This document shows positions 12,101-27,100 of a stretch of 64,000 nucleotides of DNA, piece after piece. Origin of the DNA: Tubiluchus corallicola. Taxonomy: Eukaryota > Animalia > Priapulida. Both the position numbers and the translations under genes were made by a program. The stretch spans positions 124,001 to 188,000 of the forward strand of contig JAQGDQ010000295.1 of the NCBI GenBank assembly GCA_030141605.1. Direction: 5' to 3'. The notes beneath the pieces are model-generated. The model had not been told where the DNA came from and did not search any database. It worked only from the letters and a program-made list of their open reading frames with translations. Each line of letters starts with the position of its first letter. Position 1 is the first letter of the stretch.

Positions 12101-15100
12101 TTGGTATAGCTTAATAGTATAGGTGGTAGATCAGTTCTGATTATATATGTGCGATTTATTTAAACCAGAACACATTAAGTTGTACTGTGCACGTTGTTGT
12201 TCATGGTAACCACCTTCCCACTGCATCAAATTTATTCATCAATCCATCTATAAATCCTTACTTGTATGCCTTGTCCCATAAATGAAACCCTGCCGCTCAT
12301 GCAATATAACTTATTGAAGCCACACCATATACTAGCTGCCCTCGTCAAGTCTTTGCTAATAATGACACTCTAGCCAACTGAAGCCGTGGAAGCCACTGGA
12401 TTGCCATAGGGTTGTGGTATCCTATGTTTGCCTAAGCCACCGGGATTAGTTTCATTTGCCAAGCGGAATTAAATCATATAAATTGTTGGGACAGTAGATT
12501 TGTTGGACATGCGGACTGTGTTGAGAAAGGAAGCTGTGTATGATACCAGCGCAAGTGATCTGTAAGATAAGCTTAGAAGATGTTTTGTTAGTTTTGTTTA
12601 AGGCAAACAATAAAGTGAGATGTCTCTGTTATACCCCATTTGTACTGGTATATCTGCTCTTTATGCATCAATGATTAATACTGGATTCGGTAAGGACTTT
12701 GTGCTGTACTGACTTAGAGGTCCTACCATAGCACTTACAGCATTCTTGGGTGTTAGGGTTCTCCTTGTTTAGATGCGTATCAAACATGCATATCAAGAAT
12801 ATTTAGTTTAAAGGTAGTAAAGGATAGTCCATGTAGCTATAATGCGTGGAGTGTAAGTGTGTATACAATGTTTAGTTTGCATTTAAATGCGTGGAAGTGT
12901 TTCCATGTGTACATAGTGCGCGATCCGTGTTCACTCGAATGAGATCACTGTTGTCCAAATAAGCATTTCGCAGCAATGCACAGACAGGAAACTGCCATTG
13001 CCTGGGTGATTTAGGGAGTTGAGTTTTCAGGCTTCCATTGATCATTTTTGCTACTTGGCTTCCTGTTCAGGTGAATTTGCATCACTTCAGGACATATGCA
13101 ATATTTCGTCCATTTGAGTTTTTGAGAGGTGGAAGAAGTGTAAAATTATATCATTCTGCATCTAGTTGCAGTTCCTTCACTAACTGGTGGTGATACATGT
13201 AGTAGCTATTGTTCCCTCCCCTGCAAGACGTTGTGCACCAAAAGACTGTTTTCTATTAATTTTCCAGTTTAGTACTATGAGAAGCTAATGCAATTGCTGC
13301 GCTTATGTCTTGATTATTATCACGCTTCGAAATTTCGACCGGGCGTGGAATCCAAAAATTATTGTTTCTAGTTTTCATGAACAGTAACTAAAAATGGCGA
13401 AAGAGCACTGTGAACTTTTTTAATGTGCATTGGAGTTTGCAGACACAGAAATGGTCAATACTCATTACAGTTCACGCATCACGCATTACCCGCACTAGTC
13501 CTAGTTTAAAACTGGAATGGTACTTAGTAGTCTCTTAGGTTAAGATATTGCCCATTTTCTGACATCAGTTTATTGTTGAGGTACACTCTTCATTTTTGGT
13601 ATTTGTCTGCAATGCTCCATTGTGACATCACAGAATTTGTCCAGAAATTGAATCTTTTTAATTGATTATTGTCAAAGTTTAGTGGATTCTTTTTTGTGTT
13701 CAATGCCTCACTCCTCCACTAAATTTCGTGGAAATTTGTCCAGCAGTTTTTGCATTATCCTGTTCACAGACAAACAAACAAACAAATGGCGATGAGAATG
13801 TACATTCTTTGGTGGAGGTAACAAATGCAAAAAAGTCTTCAGACAGAACCATCATGCAAGCTTATACAGCAGACAAGGCCCCTGCAATGTAAATCGTGTT
13901 TTGGGAACCCTCCTATCTTGGAAAGCCCACATGAGAAGGTAGACAGTGGTAGTATGAAAGTCAATGTGAGAAGTTAGCGCAACAGCTTTTGTAAAGAAAA
14001 GCAGCTTGAGAAAACAGCATCAGAAACTGGTGTAAGGATGACTGGTAATAAAGTCATATGAGAAAAGTCATGGAAAAAAGTCACAAATTTGGCTAGGAAA
14101 AAAGTTACAATTAATTTTAGCTAGGTTTTGTTTAGGATTAGGGTTATTTCTTTTCTCCTGTGACTTTTTTCTGTGAGTTTTTTATCTGTGACTTTTTTAC
14201 CTGTTTTGACCTTGCTACTTGATTCGGTGCATGAGACTTGGAGCTAGTGGGAAGAGCCAATATAAGTAGCCTTTGTGAGAAACTAGAGCCAGAAGTCAGA
14301 GTGAGAACAAGTCGAGAGAGGATGATTTTAGCTCAAAAGCTTGAAAAATTGGAGTGAAGGACCCTTGCATGAACTGTAAAACTCCAACCCCGTCTTATGT
14401 TAGTGTGTGATCACAAAAATTACTGTAACATGGAGCAGAGACATCTGGTAATTACTTGAAAAATGAACAGAATGTCTGTTAAGTGTTTGTTGATTAGCAT
14501 ATAATTATTACTTTTAATTTTTTTGACACGTTTTTATTTTTGTTGTGAAGGACAATTTTGTATTTGCTTATCATTTTCATTATTATTTGTAGAAAAATGA
14601 CTCGTCGTTACTCGCACAGTTTTTCTTTGCGGACGAAGAACTCAATCAAATTGCTGCAGAGCTCGACAGTTTTGATGGACGAAAAGACCCAGAGAGATGC
14701 ACGGCACTCGTCAATCAGTTAAGGCAGTGCCAGGACAAGGTAATTTTCTTACCTATAATTTCTAGAAAAGAGCTTATTTTTACCTTATAAGGAAAACCAA
14801 TCAACTTCTCCCATTATTCGTCATTTCTTTCTAATTGCAATCTTAACACAGATTTCTTATAGAATGTTAAATGATAAACTTGTTAGAGCCTATTACAGTT
14901 ACTCGTGTGTACAGTATTTGTGAGGCTATGGCAGTGTTTCATCAGGCAATGACAAGACCGTCACATGTGGTCTGTTTAGCACACCAACATAATGCACTAT
15001 GAAGAAAATACACTGTTTATACCCTTAGTGCAGCGGTTCTCAACCTCTTTTAGATAGTTACCCCCAGAGTTATCGGATCAGTCATCGTCGACCCGTTCCC

Positions 15101-18100
15101 TATTAAAAAATTTCCTCAATACATAGAATAAAGTCTAATTACCCCCAGAGTTATCGGATCAGTCACCATCGACCCGTTCCCTATTAAAAAATTTCCTCAA
15201 TACATAGAATGAAGTTTAATTACCTCCAGAGTTATCGGATCAGTCACCATCGATCCGTTCCCTATTAAAGAATTTCCTCAATACATAGAATACAGCTAAT
15301 AAACTTCTATGGAATAGTAATATATTAAGACTAATTAAATACACAATGATTTTCAAATTGTTCAAATTTTAATGACTTCAATCATAAGTTAAACTTTGAT
15401 AACACGAACATTAAACATACTATATTGAAACAGAAAGGAGCTTTCAAATGTCAATGTGGCAGTAACTAGGTGTATTATACGAGTATATGTATCAGCTGGT
15501 ACAAGTTAGCTGACTGCAAATGTCTCCTACCTACACTCAAAATTGAACTGTAGATCCAATAAAAAATAAATTCCATAAACATACATGCAGGGAAAATAAA
15601 TCACGCTACAGAGAAAACATGATCAATATGCCTATACATAGATACCCAAAAACATACTCATTGCTGTAAGTAAGGACCGTTTGAATGTGAAATAATTAAC
15701 GAAAGTGACGTGGCTCACACTTGTATAACAGTCATTTTCCCTCTATGCTGAACAGATTTTTAAGACTTTAGTACTACAACTGATTCCATGGTAAACCGAG
15801 TACCTCTGTAAACAGTCCCTTTCGACCTGAGTATTGGAAAAGCACACCAGCTTAAAGAGAATAAATAAGCAAGCTTAATTTTAGGCATTGAAGAAAACGG
15901 TTTTGAAGTGCAATTTCTGCATTCGAGATTGGGAGACACTGGTTCATTTCGGAAACCAGTGAAAGAGATTAAAAAGTTTCCATAAACTTCTTGTATCACA
16001 CCTGAAAACCACATGAAGTTTAAATATTTCAAACAGAAACCTGCAAAATTAGCTGTCGTAGGACAGTTCCAACCCTCTTGGTACCGTAAATGTTTTTAGT
16101 CCTCTTTCTCAATTTATTTTTTTTTATATTATCATTGCAATAATTTTAGACAATGTATAATTTTTTTGACATTGAAATCAACTTTTAACAATGTATTGAA
16201 TTATTTTTCATAAAATATGATCTCAGTTCTGTACTTTTTTAAATCTATATTGCACCAGTCTTTGATTTTATACAACCATGAACCCCCTTTTTGATTTCAA
16301 TTATGGATTTATGTTTTTACTGTGATCTGTTTTAGTAACTTGTTCACGTGACAGTTGTTTTCTTCCAAAGTCAATTTACTTTAGCTTAGTAAACACACGA
16401 CAGTTGTTTTACATTCGCAACTTCATGTTTGCTTTGATATTTGAGTTATTTCTATTACTTGTTGGCATGCCCTTAATTGCTGTTTCAATTTTGTTTAAGT
16501 TTTTGATTAGGCATTCTGCCAGTAGATAATGCGGCCATTTTCTGTAGAATTAGTATGTTTCAGTATAATATAATATTATATTATATTATTTATTTAGGCA
16601 CAAAAGTACAATAAAGAACATTAAAAAGCATATGAACAATGTTAGGCCTTCACTATCATTTGGAATTAATAAAACTAATTATAGAGAATCGTGTTTTTAA
16701 ATACGAAACTGGCTTCTTAGAGCTTATGTAGCATTATTCTTACTCTGAATTATTACTTACTATTACTACTGTGGCTTCGGTTTTGTTTAGGTACTAGGTT
16801 CGGTCAATCAAATGATGGACGTCGCGATCGTGTCCGAGCGTGCCAACCGGGACTTCCGGGTCAAGTTTCCAGACGACGTCCTGCAAGATAACTTATTTGG
16901 GCAGCTTTGGTTTGGCGCTGAGGTGAGACAGACTTGCATTTTGTCTGTTATACCTGCATTTTGCACAGGAGAAGGCAAACGTGTGAACATTGATTTTGCA
17001 AAAGTTATATCGTTCTATTGGAGTTGTGGGGGTGGTGTTAACAGCTAATAACAATTTTTGGTGTTTTTATGATGTTTTCCAAGGGAAAACTGAACTGAAA
17101 TCTTAAACTACTGCTCAAAACAATCTGCCCTGTAAAATATTAAAAAGAAACATACTGCTTTTTCAAGAATGACTTATGTTAAAGAATTATTATCACGGAA
17201 GCGAAATTTTGCGTTTGCACGGCTAGTTCTTCGCTGTTATGTGCATTTCACCATTTGCTAGTTAGATGTGCACTAGCACCTACATTTCGGAAACACGTTG
17301 CTTAAAAAACACGCTTTTGAGAGGTGTTTGTTTGTGACGTAGTGCACACATAACAGTAAACTTGAAATTTGAATTTTAAGTTTAAAATTTGCTGAATTTT
17401 TGTGTATCACACTGAATCTTGTACAGTAGCACTGTACTTCAATTTAAACACATGCGACACGTTCATGGAGCTTTTGTGCTGCTGAAAATTATGTTTCATG
17501 GTGATATCTTCACTAGTTGGGTTGCCCTGTCGTTGATTAAATTTTTAACTTATTATTTAATTATCAGAAACACTTTGGCATTATTATAGGTGTTAAACTA
17601 TAAACTATGTACTTTTCACGGTACTTCAAAATTGGGGTAGGAGATGAAAAATCATCCTGTTTTCTTTCAAAGACACACTAATAACTGACAACTCACTGCG
17701 GCAATCAAAAAGGGCTCCTTTTGTGTTTTGTTGTCAATGATATTAATTCGAGAATTTCTCAAGTCTTTATAGGAGTAAATTATATTCTTATATTTAAGTT
17801 GGAGCCATGTAACTGGCCTTGCCAAAGGTTGTATTCCTTTTTTTGTTGAATAAAACCAGATTTTTATTATATGTTTTTATAAACAGTCCAGAGATGTTCA
17901 TGTACTCACTCGACCAGTTAATAACCAAAACTAATGGTGCTTAGCTTTTGGAAATTTGCAATGTGCTGCTAGTCTTGTTTGAGCCCCGTTACAAGTTTAG
18001 CTTTCTCTAATATCAAGAACCTTCAGGCATGTTTTCACTAAACCATTTACTAACCAAAACTAATGATTTTTAACTTCCATAAATTTATTATGTGCTGCTA

Positions 18101-21100
18101 GTCTTCTGTGAGTCCTCTCTATAAGTTTGGATTTCTCTAACAACAAAAGCCTTTAAGCATATTTTCACTCAACCTGTTATTAGCCTAAGCCAATGATGCT
18201 TAACTTTTGGAAATTTGCAATGTACTGCTAGTCTTGTTTGAGTCCTTTTGCAAGTTTAGCTTTCTCTAACATCAAAAGCCTTTGGGCGTATTTTCTTGCA
18301 TTTTCGTAATGTGCATCTGCAGACAGCTTATATTATTCCATCGTCGCATATCTGATGAATTATTAAGGCTGCTTTTTGTCTGGTAAATAATTGATATCGA
18401 GATCTGTGTGCCAAGAACTTAGTGTTGCATTTGTCAGTTTTTCCCCCAAATTCTTAATAAATATGTGGCTGAATGACAAGTCAATATTTTGTCACATTTC
18501 AAACTAGACAACTCTCAAATCAATCCAATGGGGATGAATAGTATAATTGTTTTTTTATTGAACGTAACTTTTCTGTAACATCGCATTCACTGTTTAAAGC
18601 TGTTTTTTAAATGAGATAAAATTTAATGTATATTACCATATTTGTGTGGCTGGATTCACGGCTGAGTCAACGTGCACTCACATTTTGTGTGAAAGCCTCA
18701 TGGCTGTCTAGGTTCCATTCTCGCTCTGGCGGTTTTATTCGCCTATGACTTGTGGCTGCCTTGGTTCAATTCTTGCTCTAGGCGGTTTCATTTGCCATAC
18801 TGACCCGGCTGTTTATCTCATAGAAAGAGGAATGTAGATACATCTGACACCTCTGCTGGTTCAATGGCTTCTGTTGCACCACAAATTTCCCATTAACTGG
18901 GCCCTGTCATTAAATGCTAGTATTTCCGTACAAAATTGAATTTTGTACGGAAATTTCGATGCTTTTGTAGACCCTTATTATTTATTTATTTTGTTAATAT
19001 TTAGTGTTTTTTTGCTTTCAGTGTTTAGCTGCCGGCTCCAGCATCATGAATCGTGAAGTAGAGAGTCATAGCATGCGCCCACTCGCCAAGGCTGTCACAC
19101 GGTGCCTAGACCACTTACGACTGCTTCTTCGAGACCAGGCATTGCGGAATTGTTCAACTTATTCTGAAAAGGTACAATATGCTGCATAACATCTTGAAAG
19201 TTGTCAAAACACAAATACTTTTCAGTATTATGATGGTATCAATTCAGAGGAGAAGAAATCTGTGCTGATTGGTTAAAAAGTAGAATTTGCGCTGTTTGTT
19301 GTGAGGTGAAGAGGTGATTATATAAAGTTTTAAAATGTGTACGTTGGAAACACAATCCATAGCTAACACTAGAAATTAAATAGGAAATATAAGTTTCATA
19401 TATGACAAAATACTTACTGTACTTCCACTAGGGGTGAGCATCGAACGTTCGAGTTTGATTCGAAAGAGTTTTTTTTATTCGAATTCGATTCGAACCTAAA
19501 ATTATAGATTTGAATAATGCTGCACTTCAACCACATACATACTTTTGTCATTAAAATGTTTTAAACAATTTAGTAACATTTCTGAGTGCAATTTTTAAAC
19601 TAATTATTAGTGATTTTATATTGCAGACCTAAATCAAGTAATAGGGCCTATACATGATCCTTTTTAAACCGCTTTTTATTGAGGGTTCAAAAACTTGTTC
19701 GAAAATCATTCAAACTCAATTCGAACTCGAAATGCTGAAATCCGGTTTGATTCGAATTTGAAAGTGACAAATTAGATTTGATTTGAATTCAATTTCAGGT
19801 AGAGAATGCTCTCCCCTAACTGCCGTGAGTAATCGTTCATTCTATGTATATTGTGCAATCACTGTTTTACCGTTATAAAAAAAACAATTTCTTTGTTGTT
19901 TAGCAAAAATGATCTGTAGAACGTTTGATTTGCATGAGTCGAGCATTACTGGTTTTTCAAATACTAAAAATTCTCAAATGCAGAACAATTGCATAAAACA
20001 TATTCATGTTATTAAAACAAAATCACAAAACGTTTCAACACCTACCTGGTGTTATCCTCAGTTGTAAGCGATCAAATTGTAGTTAGCAAAGCCAGTACGT
20101 AGTGACATAGTTAAACTGTTACAATCATTATACAAAAGTAGCAAGAGTTTACAGGGATTCACTGTGTACTGTATAATGCACGTTGGCGGAGCTACGTGGC
20201 GAAGCAAAATATGAATGTAAAATTTTAAGTGATGACAGTTAAAAGGAAAGAACTGTCCTAATTGTTGAGAGGAAGTTCATGTTCCATAATGGTACCTTAA
20301 TGTTCTGTAATTTTTATTATTACTGAGATGTCCCAAAGATGAATCTTGTTTTTGATATAGATCATATTGAAACGCATCCTCACATTATTTCGTATGGATA
20401 ATCACGGTATGGCTTCATTTAATCAAAATTCACTTAGCTCCACTTTTGACAGGACGCAGTACAGTAGTTAAGTAAGAACTCCCTCTGTTTTACTACTCAC
20501 TCCACATTTGCAAGTACAGAAAAGTGTATGTTTACATAATTTGTATCTGCTACAATCAGTTGAATAACTTTAGCTACAGTTTCATATGTATTTTACACAA
20601 ATGATTTGTTTCTTTCAGATAAAAGAAGCCCTAAAGAGGTTTGACAAGCTTTTTGCAGAATTTGAACTCAGGTAAACTGATTTATTGTTAGAGCATGTGT
20701 GTACATTTTATTTTTATAGTGTTGACTGTAACATTATTCATCGCTTGTGCAAATTCAAACTTTGATTTTGAAACTTCTTTTATTATGTTTAAAAGAAGTT
20801 TAACATTTGTTTTCTATGTACTTATCTATGTAGGCTAAGTATTTATTGCTTTTAATAGTTCATTTTGCTCATTAGAATATATGTATGTCAAATCTTGCTT
20901 TGAATGTGTTTATGTGTTAGAATTTGTGTATGTAAAATGTATCTTAAATGTCTAAATTTTTGTTGTTGTTGCTGCTGCTGTTATTGCTATTTATGTTGTT
21001 GATGTTGTTTCTGTTGCTGTTGTTGTTTTAGCATACAGTTTTTTCTTCATTTGCTTACAATGTATTTGCTTTAGACTGGATACTGATAATAAATGCAAAA

Positions 21101-24100
21101 TTGTTGAGTAGCATCATGTCTGTTTCAACTGTGCATCACACCGCTGCATCAATTGTGCACCCAAAAATGGACTTCCGGTTGATCAGTGTCACATCCCTAC
21201 ATCCAGAAGTTTCCCTAGGGATCGGGTGATTCTGAAATGACCCACAAGCCAGAGGCAAATTGATAGTTAGTCTCTTCTAACCACCTCTATCACGATTTGT
21301 GTTTTTTCCTGAGCCACATTTTGCTGTTGATAAAATGAATTGTGACACCCAAGGCTGGGCTTTTTGTAAAACTGAAATATTTTTTCTATTTAACACTATG
21401 AGTGCAATGTTTTCCTTGCTTCTTTATATTCCTGCTCTTGTAATACTCTCTCAAGTTATAATAGTTTATACAACAATAGCAAAAACAACAAGTTATTTGA
21501 GGATACCAGTGTAAAAGTCAATAATGTTGCCTCAATTTTAAACCCATTTACAACGTATTTGACATTGCAGAACAATGATAATTTACTACTTAGAACTAGA
21601 ACTCCTAGTCAGGCAAACACAGATCCAATCCAGATCCAAATCTATCCTTTTTCTTTATGATGTCTGCATTTTAGACCACCTGAACAGCCCTTGCCAGATG
21701 CAGTCTCTGTAATTCTGCAGTTAACTAAATTCCTGCTAGAGCAACAACTATAAACAAAGAATAGAATTTTGCTTATTCTTGTGTATTAAATTGTTTGTTT
21801 GTTTTCTGCTGTAGTTACGTAAGTGCCATGGTGCCGGTAAAAACTATGAGGGAATATGACATAATGCAGGACATTATTGTTCTTTTTTCTGAAACAGTAT
21901 TACGGTATGTTTATTTACACATCTGAAAGTATTTTTCTACACGAAAAATTATCTGCATCATGAATTAAAAACAGCGTTTTTCTACCAGAAGCTGATACAG
22001 TGGGTACTGTTTATTAGTCTCGTGGTTAATAGAATCAGTTGCTTAATTAGCTCAAAAATGTCTAGTACGAGCCGCTCTCGGCAATTGACTGAAATTTTTA
22101 ATTTTAGGTACTCAAAATGAGAAATATTTGTGTGGTCAAAGAGCTCTTACTCTTTTTTTGTCGTCATTACTTCACTTTTGTGCACTATAATGTATGTAGA
22201 AACAATCATATTAAGTACCGTTTTGTTTGTAAGAAGGTACGTTTATTATGTGCTTATATGCTAACTTAGCACAGAGTTAATTTTGACAAATAAAGCATAA
22301 GCATAAAAGCCTAACATCTAAAGCTCTTGCAGGCTTTGCAGTGCACACTAAGCTGAAGAGTAATGACTCGTACTTCTATACGAGTAATACTACATCCATC
22401 AGCTAATACATTCACTCAGCTAATTGGGTCAGAACTCTTCCACCCCAAGTGAATCTATTAAGCGGTGCCTACTGTATTGTGTTTTTATACTTTCCAAAAT
22501 ACGATCATAGATAACGACTTTTGCTTTTCAGTTTTCATTACTACAGTGACGTCTACACGGAAAGAGGGAAGCTAAAATTGTTTGCTCAACAATCAAATGT
22601 CATTTAAAAAAATTACTTCAACACATGCGTTATGACTACACGTTTTTGGCTGTGGTCGAGAAATGATTTTTCCCAGACTAATTAGTTTTTGCTAGAAGCA
22701 TAGAAGGCAAACATGAGAATACATTAGAATAATGGAAAAGAAATCTAATTTATCGCATGCTTCTTGGATTAATTTAATTGCGATGCCAGATTGAATTAAA
22801 ATTTCTGCATTTCAGGGAGTTTTCATTGCAAAATTTCTTTTTACCAGAACTATATTTCCTGGAAAATTGACTAAGCAGTGATTGGATTTAATGATCTGAG
22901 AGCTTGATGACGTTATTTGTGTCTTTGTTATTTTACGAATTTTCTATTTTCATTTTCAGTGCATTAAAGTTGCGGCTATTAGTTCAAGAGCAAATCGACG
23001 ATTATGATCCTGGTTTGATGTTCACCATTCCGCGATTAGCCATTGTTTGGTGGGTATAGTATTGCATTTTAATCTGTTTCATTTGCTTGAGCTCTGCCTA
23101 CTTCATTTTCAATTTACTGTAGTAGTGAAATGTGAATGGCATTTTTCGTTGGACAACATTCGCTTTTATTTTCTTTAATTAAATGGCGTACACATTCCTC
23201 ACCACTTACATGCTGTCAGAAACTTATTTCTGACATTTTTGTGTTGTTGATGTACGAAGTACATTGTTGTTTTGAGAGAAACGTTTAATAGCGTTTACGT
23301 TCTTTCACAACAATTTTGTGGCATCTTTGTGCAATGGTAAATTTGTTTGTCCCATATGTTGTTGACAGTTTCTTTGGTACTGTAGAAAAACAGGCTTTAA
23401 CCCTTTCATTACATAGTTGCTTTTTAACTGGGCCACATTGACTTTTGTACATTTGACAATAACTTCTTGTTCTGTGTTACTAAAACAGAATCTTGTAATT
23501 AAACAAATAGTTGTTTGCTATTGAGTACTAATATTAAATATTAGTTTTATTTCTAGACATGCACACTACAAGCACATATACATACACGTACACACACACA
23601 CACACACACACGCGCGCGCACACACGCACACACACATGCACAAATAAGCATCTACTTGTATTTAGAAATCAGTTTTCATAAAAGACCCAATACTAATCCA
23701 TTATATGCAATCATTTTATAAGAATGCAGAACAATCAACTAAGCACACGTTTCATCAGCGATCTACAAGTGATCTAGCAGTGAAATAAACAGACCTGGGT
23801 GTCTGTCCTTAGTGCTGAGCTTGGGCGGCCTTCTGTCCCTTGCTTGAAAGATGTAGGCGGCAGTGCACGGCCTTCCGTAGTGAAAGGGTTAAAAGAGGAA
23901 GATAAAAACTGATCATATTGTCAATAATAATAGTAATGATAAAACTTTTCCCAATTTTTGTTTGTCCTTTTTAAGTTTGTAAGATAAAGCATTAAAACAA
24001 TTGTTTTTTTCAGTGGGCTCATTGTTTATCCGGAAGGACCATTGAATGTTGACCAATATGCTGAAGACATGTCTGATATGTTCCGTCCTTTCCAAAGCCT

Positions 24101-27100
24101 TCTGTACAAAGTCAGGTACGAAAATTTTTAACTTTAGCATTGTAAAATCGCACTTTTTAATCTTACTTAGAAATCTCATTGAACTTTTGCCCGATCAATG
24201 ATTTTCACTTAATAGGACTTATAACGTTATTTACGCTGTCCTTTTTTGGTAAACATTCACTTTTAAACCACATGACAAGGTGTACACACCCTTATAGTTT
24301 AGAATCTTGTATGCGGGTAATAAAGCTATTAATTGGTTAATTTTAATAGTTGCACATGCGTTTCAGGGAATTATTGTGGACGCTGAGCAAGTCCGAGTTA
24401 TATCAGCTAGAAAAGACCCTGTGCAGTACAGAAGAACCAGCCATGCACTCGAGCGTAGATTCGTGCACCCTGTCGCGCGCATACATGCAAGCAGACAGCG
24501 ACGATTTCATACAAAAGTTTTACCGCGATCATCCCGAGTGCGAGGACTTCGTCAAATATTACAACGACACTCGACGGGGTAGCCACTCGGAGAGCGGCAC
24601 GGTCGTGGAGAACATCTCCGAGGATGACACCAACTCTGGCGACATTCCGGATTGCGCAATGGCCGACTCTGACTCGCAAGAGGACTTCATCGCCGCTCAG
24701 AACTTCATCGCGATGCAGGAGAGTTTCTCTTCTGTCTTGGAGAACATGATTGATCAAAAAGTGAGCGATGACACACTGGTGGCCGAATCAGAATTCACGG
24801 ACCCCGAGGAAGTGAACGACCAATCAAAACTTTCAGTATTTTCGAATTACAATGAGAGCTTGATGTCGCACCGGGAGAACGGTGTTGAGAGAGACGAAAC
24901 GCGGCGAGATAGTGGCATTGCCGGCGTGGTTTCCCCCGTCTCTACGATACCTGATGGCAGTGATGTAGACAGTGACATGACGGCAACAAACTGCCGGCCG
25001 TTAAGCACATTAACGTGCGACAGCGGCATGGACGGCGACGGCAATGCTATTATAATGGAAGTTGATGAAGCCGTCATCAACAGCAATTGTGCCAAAACCA
25101 TAGCCGTGATTCCTGTCAGTGACAGTGAAAATTCGGCTGTACTCGACACCGAGGGCACAATACGTGCCGCTGATTTGTTCGGTTCTGTAGAAACTACATT
25201 CAACATTGCCTTTATGGATGATGATTCGGACGAAATAAGCTCTATTGGCTTTCCCTCTGCACAGACATCATCAGAGTCGGTTGCTGGGAGAATACCATAT
25301 GCGCAGGACGTTACTGGGGCAACCTCTTGTGTCAAAGAATCATACCAACCAGAATGTAGCTATCGTGCTGTAAATGAAAATGCCACCATGGACCATAAAT
25401 CAGAGACCAATAACGATTTGGACAAGCGCGATTTTGCACTTTTGAACGATTTCTTTGTGGAAATGGTGAAAGATCAAGTGGTAGAACTTGTGTACAGTTT
25501 GTTCCTGGGGGACGACACGTCGACAAGCTCGCTGAACTCCGTTTTACCACAGCGTAAGTGTGATACGTCTCTCGCGCAGCAGAAAAACAGAGGCAGTTCT
25601 GAATCCCTCCATTTAAGTTCTTCGTCGTCTTCGTCAAAAATACGTCAGTTTTTTCCACTGAGCACTAGCAGTGAAACGTTAGTGAATACTGCGGCACCAC
25701 GGATTGAGATTGTGCCAAACACACCAACGTCAGAATCAACTGGTAGCACATATAGTTATACATACGAGGCAGCTCCTAGTGTTGTTAATAACATAGTTTA
25801 TCAAGGTAGCAGTGAACAGTTGATACGAGTGCCTATAGGTGTAGCTAGCGACGAGAGAAGCGTGATGTCAACGTCGGCTAGTGCTCCTGCTGATGCTTAT
25901 GAGCGTCGAAAACGTGGTTTAGCAACCGTTTCGGATTTTTCTTCTGGTTCCGCAAGTCGTGTGGGAACATCGCACGGTTATGCTACGGTCACAACGTACG
26001 ACTCCCCAAAAATAGTGCAAGATACGCCAAAACAGGTGATTGTGTCGGCTGCGACTGTACAAAACCCGACTCGTGTGCGTGTTGTTGGTCAAGCTCGTGA
26101 TAACATAGCCAATCAGACGAGATCGAAACATTCAGCAAAATCAAATCATCGCCATAGCGATGCAGTGAAGAACACGAGTCCTGGAAAAACACGCCTGCCA
26201 AGGGGAGAGAGAACAGCAGAGAGTTCCGGATCAGGAACGAGGCGGCGGGACGAACGATATTGTACTCAGGGTCCGGAATCCCCTAGGATTTATCCATCTT
26301 CCTATGCGGAACAACATTCTGCATGTTATTATCATAGCAGCAACGATTGCCGCGATTGGGACTCAGACAGGTAGATAAAATTTTAGAAATATGTCTGTAG
26401 CATTAATACAGCCTAGCAGGGAAGGGATAATGACCTTTTTGTGTCCCTAGAATAATGAAATTATGGGTGTCCCAAATGGAGATACCCTCTAACTTGCCTC
26501 CACCGTCTTGAATATATTTTAGCCACATTTACGTAGCTTGAAATAAACTTACTGCAGATTCTTTAAATAAACTAGAAGAGCTATCTTTTGTTTGTCAATG
26601 AAAATATGCTTTAAGAAAGACCTCTATTTTACTGCACATATTTCAACACAATTGTAGTGAGAAAATAGATTTTTTGCTCAATGTCACCAAGGGTTGAGGG
26701 TCCCCCACGTTTGATGGCCCCAAGGCTGCAGGTTATACTAACCTGTAGGATAAACTGACCCTGCAGCCTAGGCAATTACTTCAAAGAGAATGTGAGTAAC
26801 ATGCATTATGAGCGTTACTTGAATATGTCAGTGGAAATGGCAAAGAACTTCCTGTCATTTGCTTCCGATAGTGCTACTGCTTCTATGTTTTACTTACACT
26901 GAATACCGATTACGACTGGGTTTGTATGTAAGCTGTTAGTTCTCACACACGAAGCTTTATGCGGATTTTCTCCTGTCTACTTGTTTGATATGTTACACAA
27001 ACTCAACTACTGTAGGCATCCGTGTGTGTACATGGGCAAGCAGCTCTTCCATAATGAATCTTTTGGTACGTTTTAATAGAAAAAAGACTTACGTATTTTC

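Noticed and set aside
15058-15292. Regularly spaced repeats as a CRISPR array
   Set aside because: Whole 81-bp units repeat with no unique spacers; eukaryotic intron; no cas genes.
25190-25230. TOR-signalling (TOS) motif like that reported in human LST2
   Set aside because: FNIAF and FMDDD do not fit F-[DE]-hydrophobic-[DE]-hydrophobic; no convincing match in exon 9.
24307-26201. Overlapping and antisense ORFs within LST2 exon 9 (e.g. 24847..25335 -)
   Set aside because: Shadow ORFs of a GC-richer coding exon; no recognisable domains or independent splice structure.
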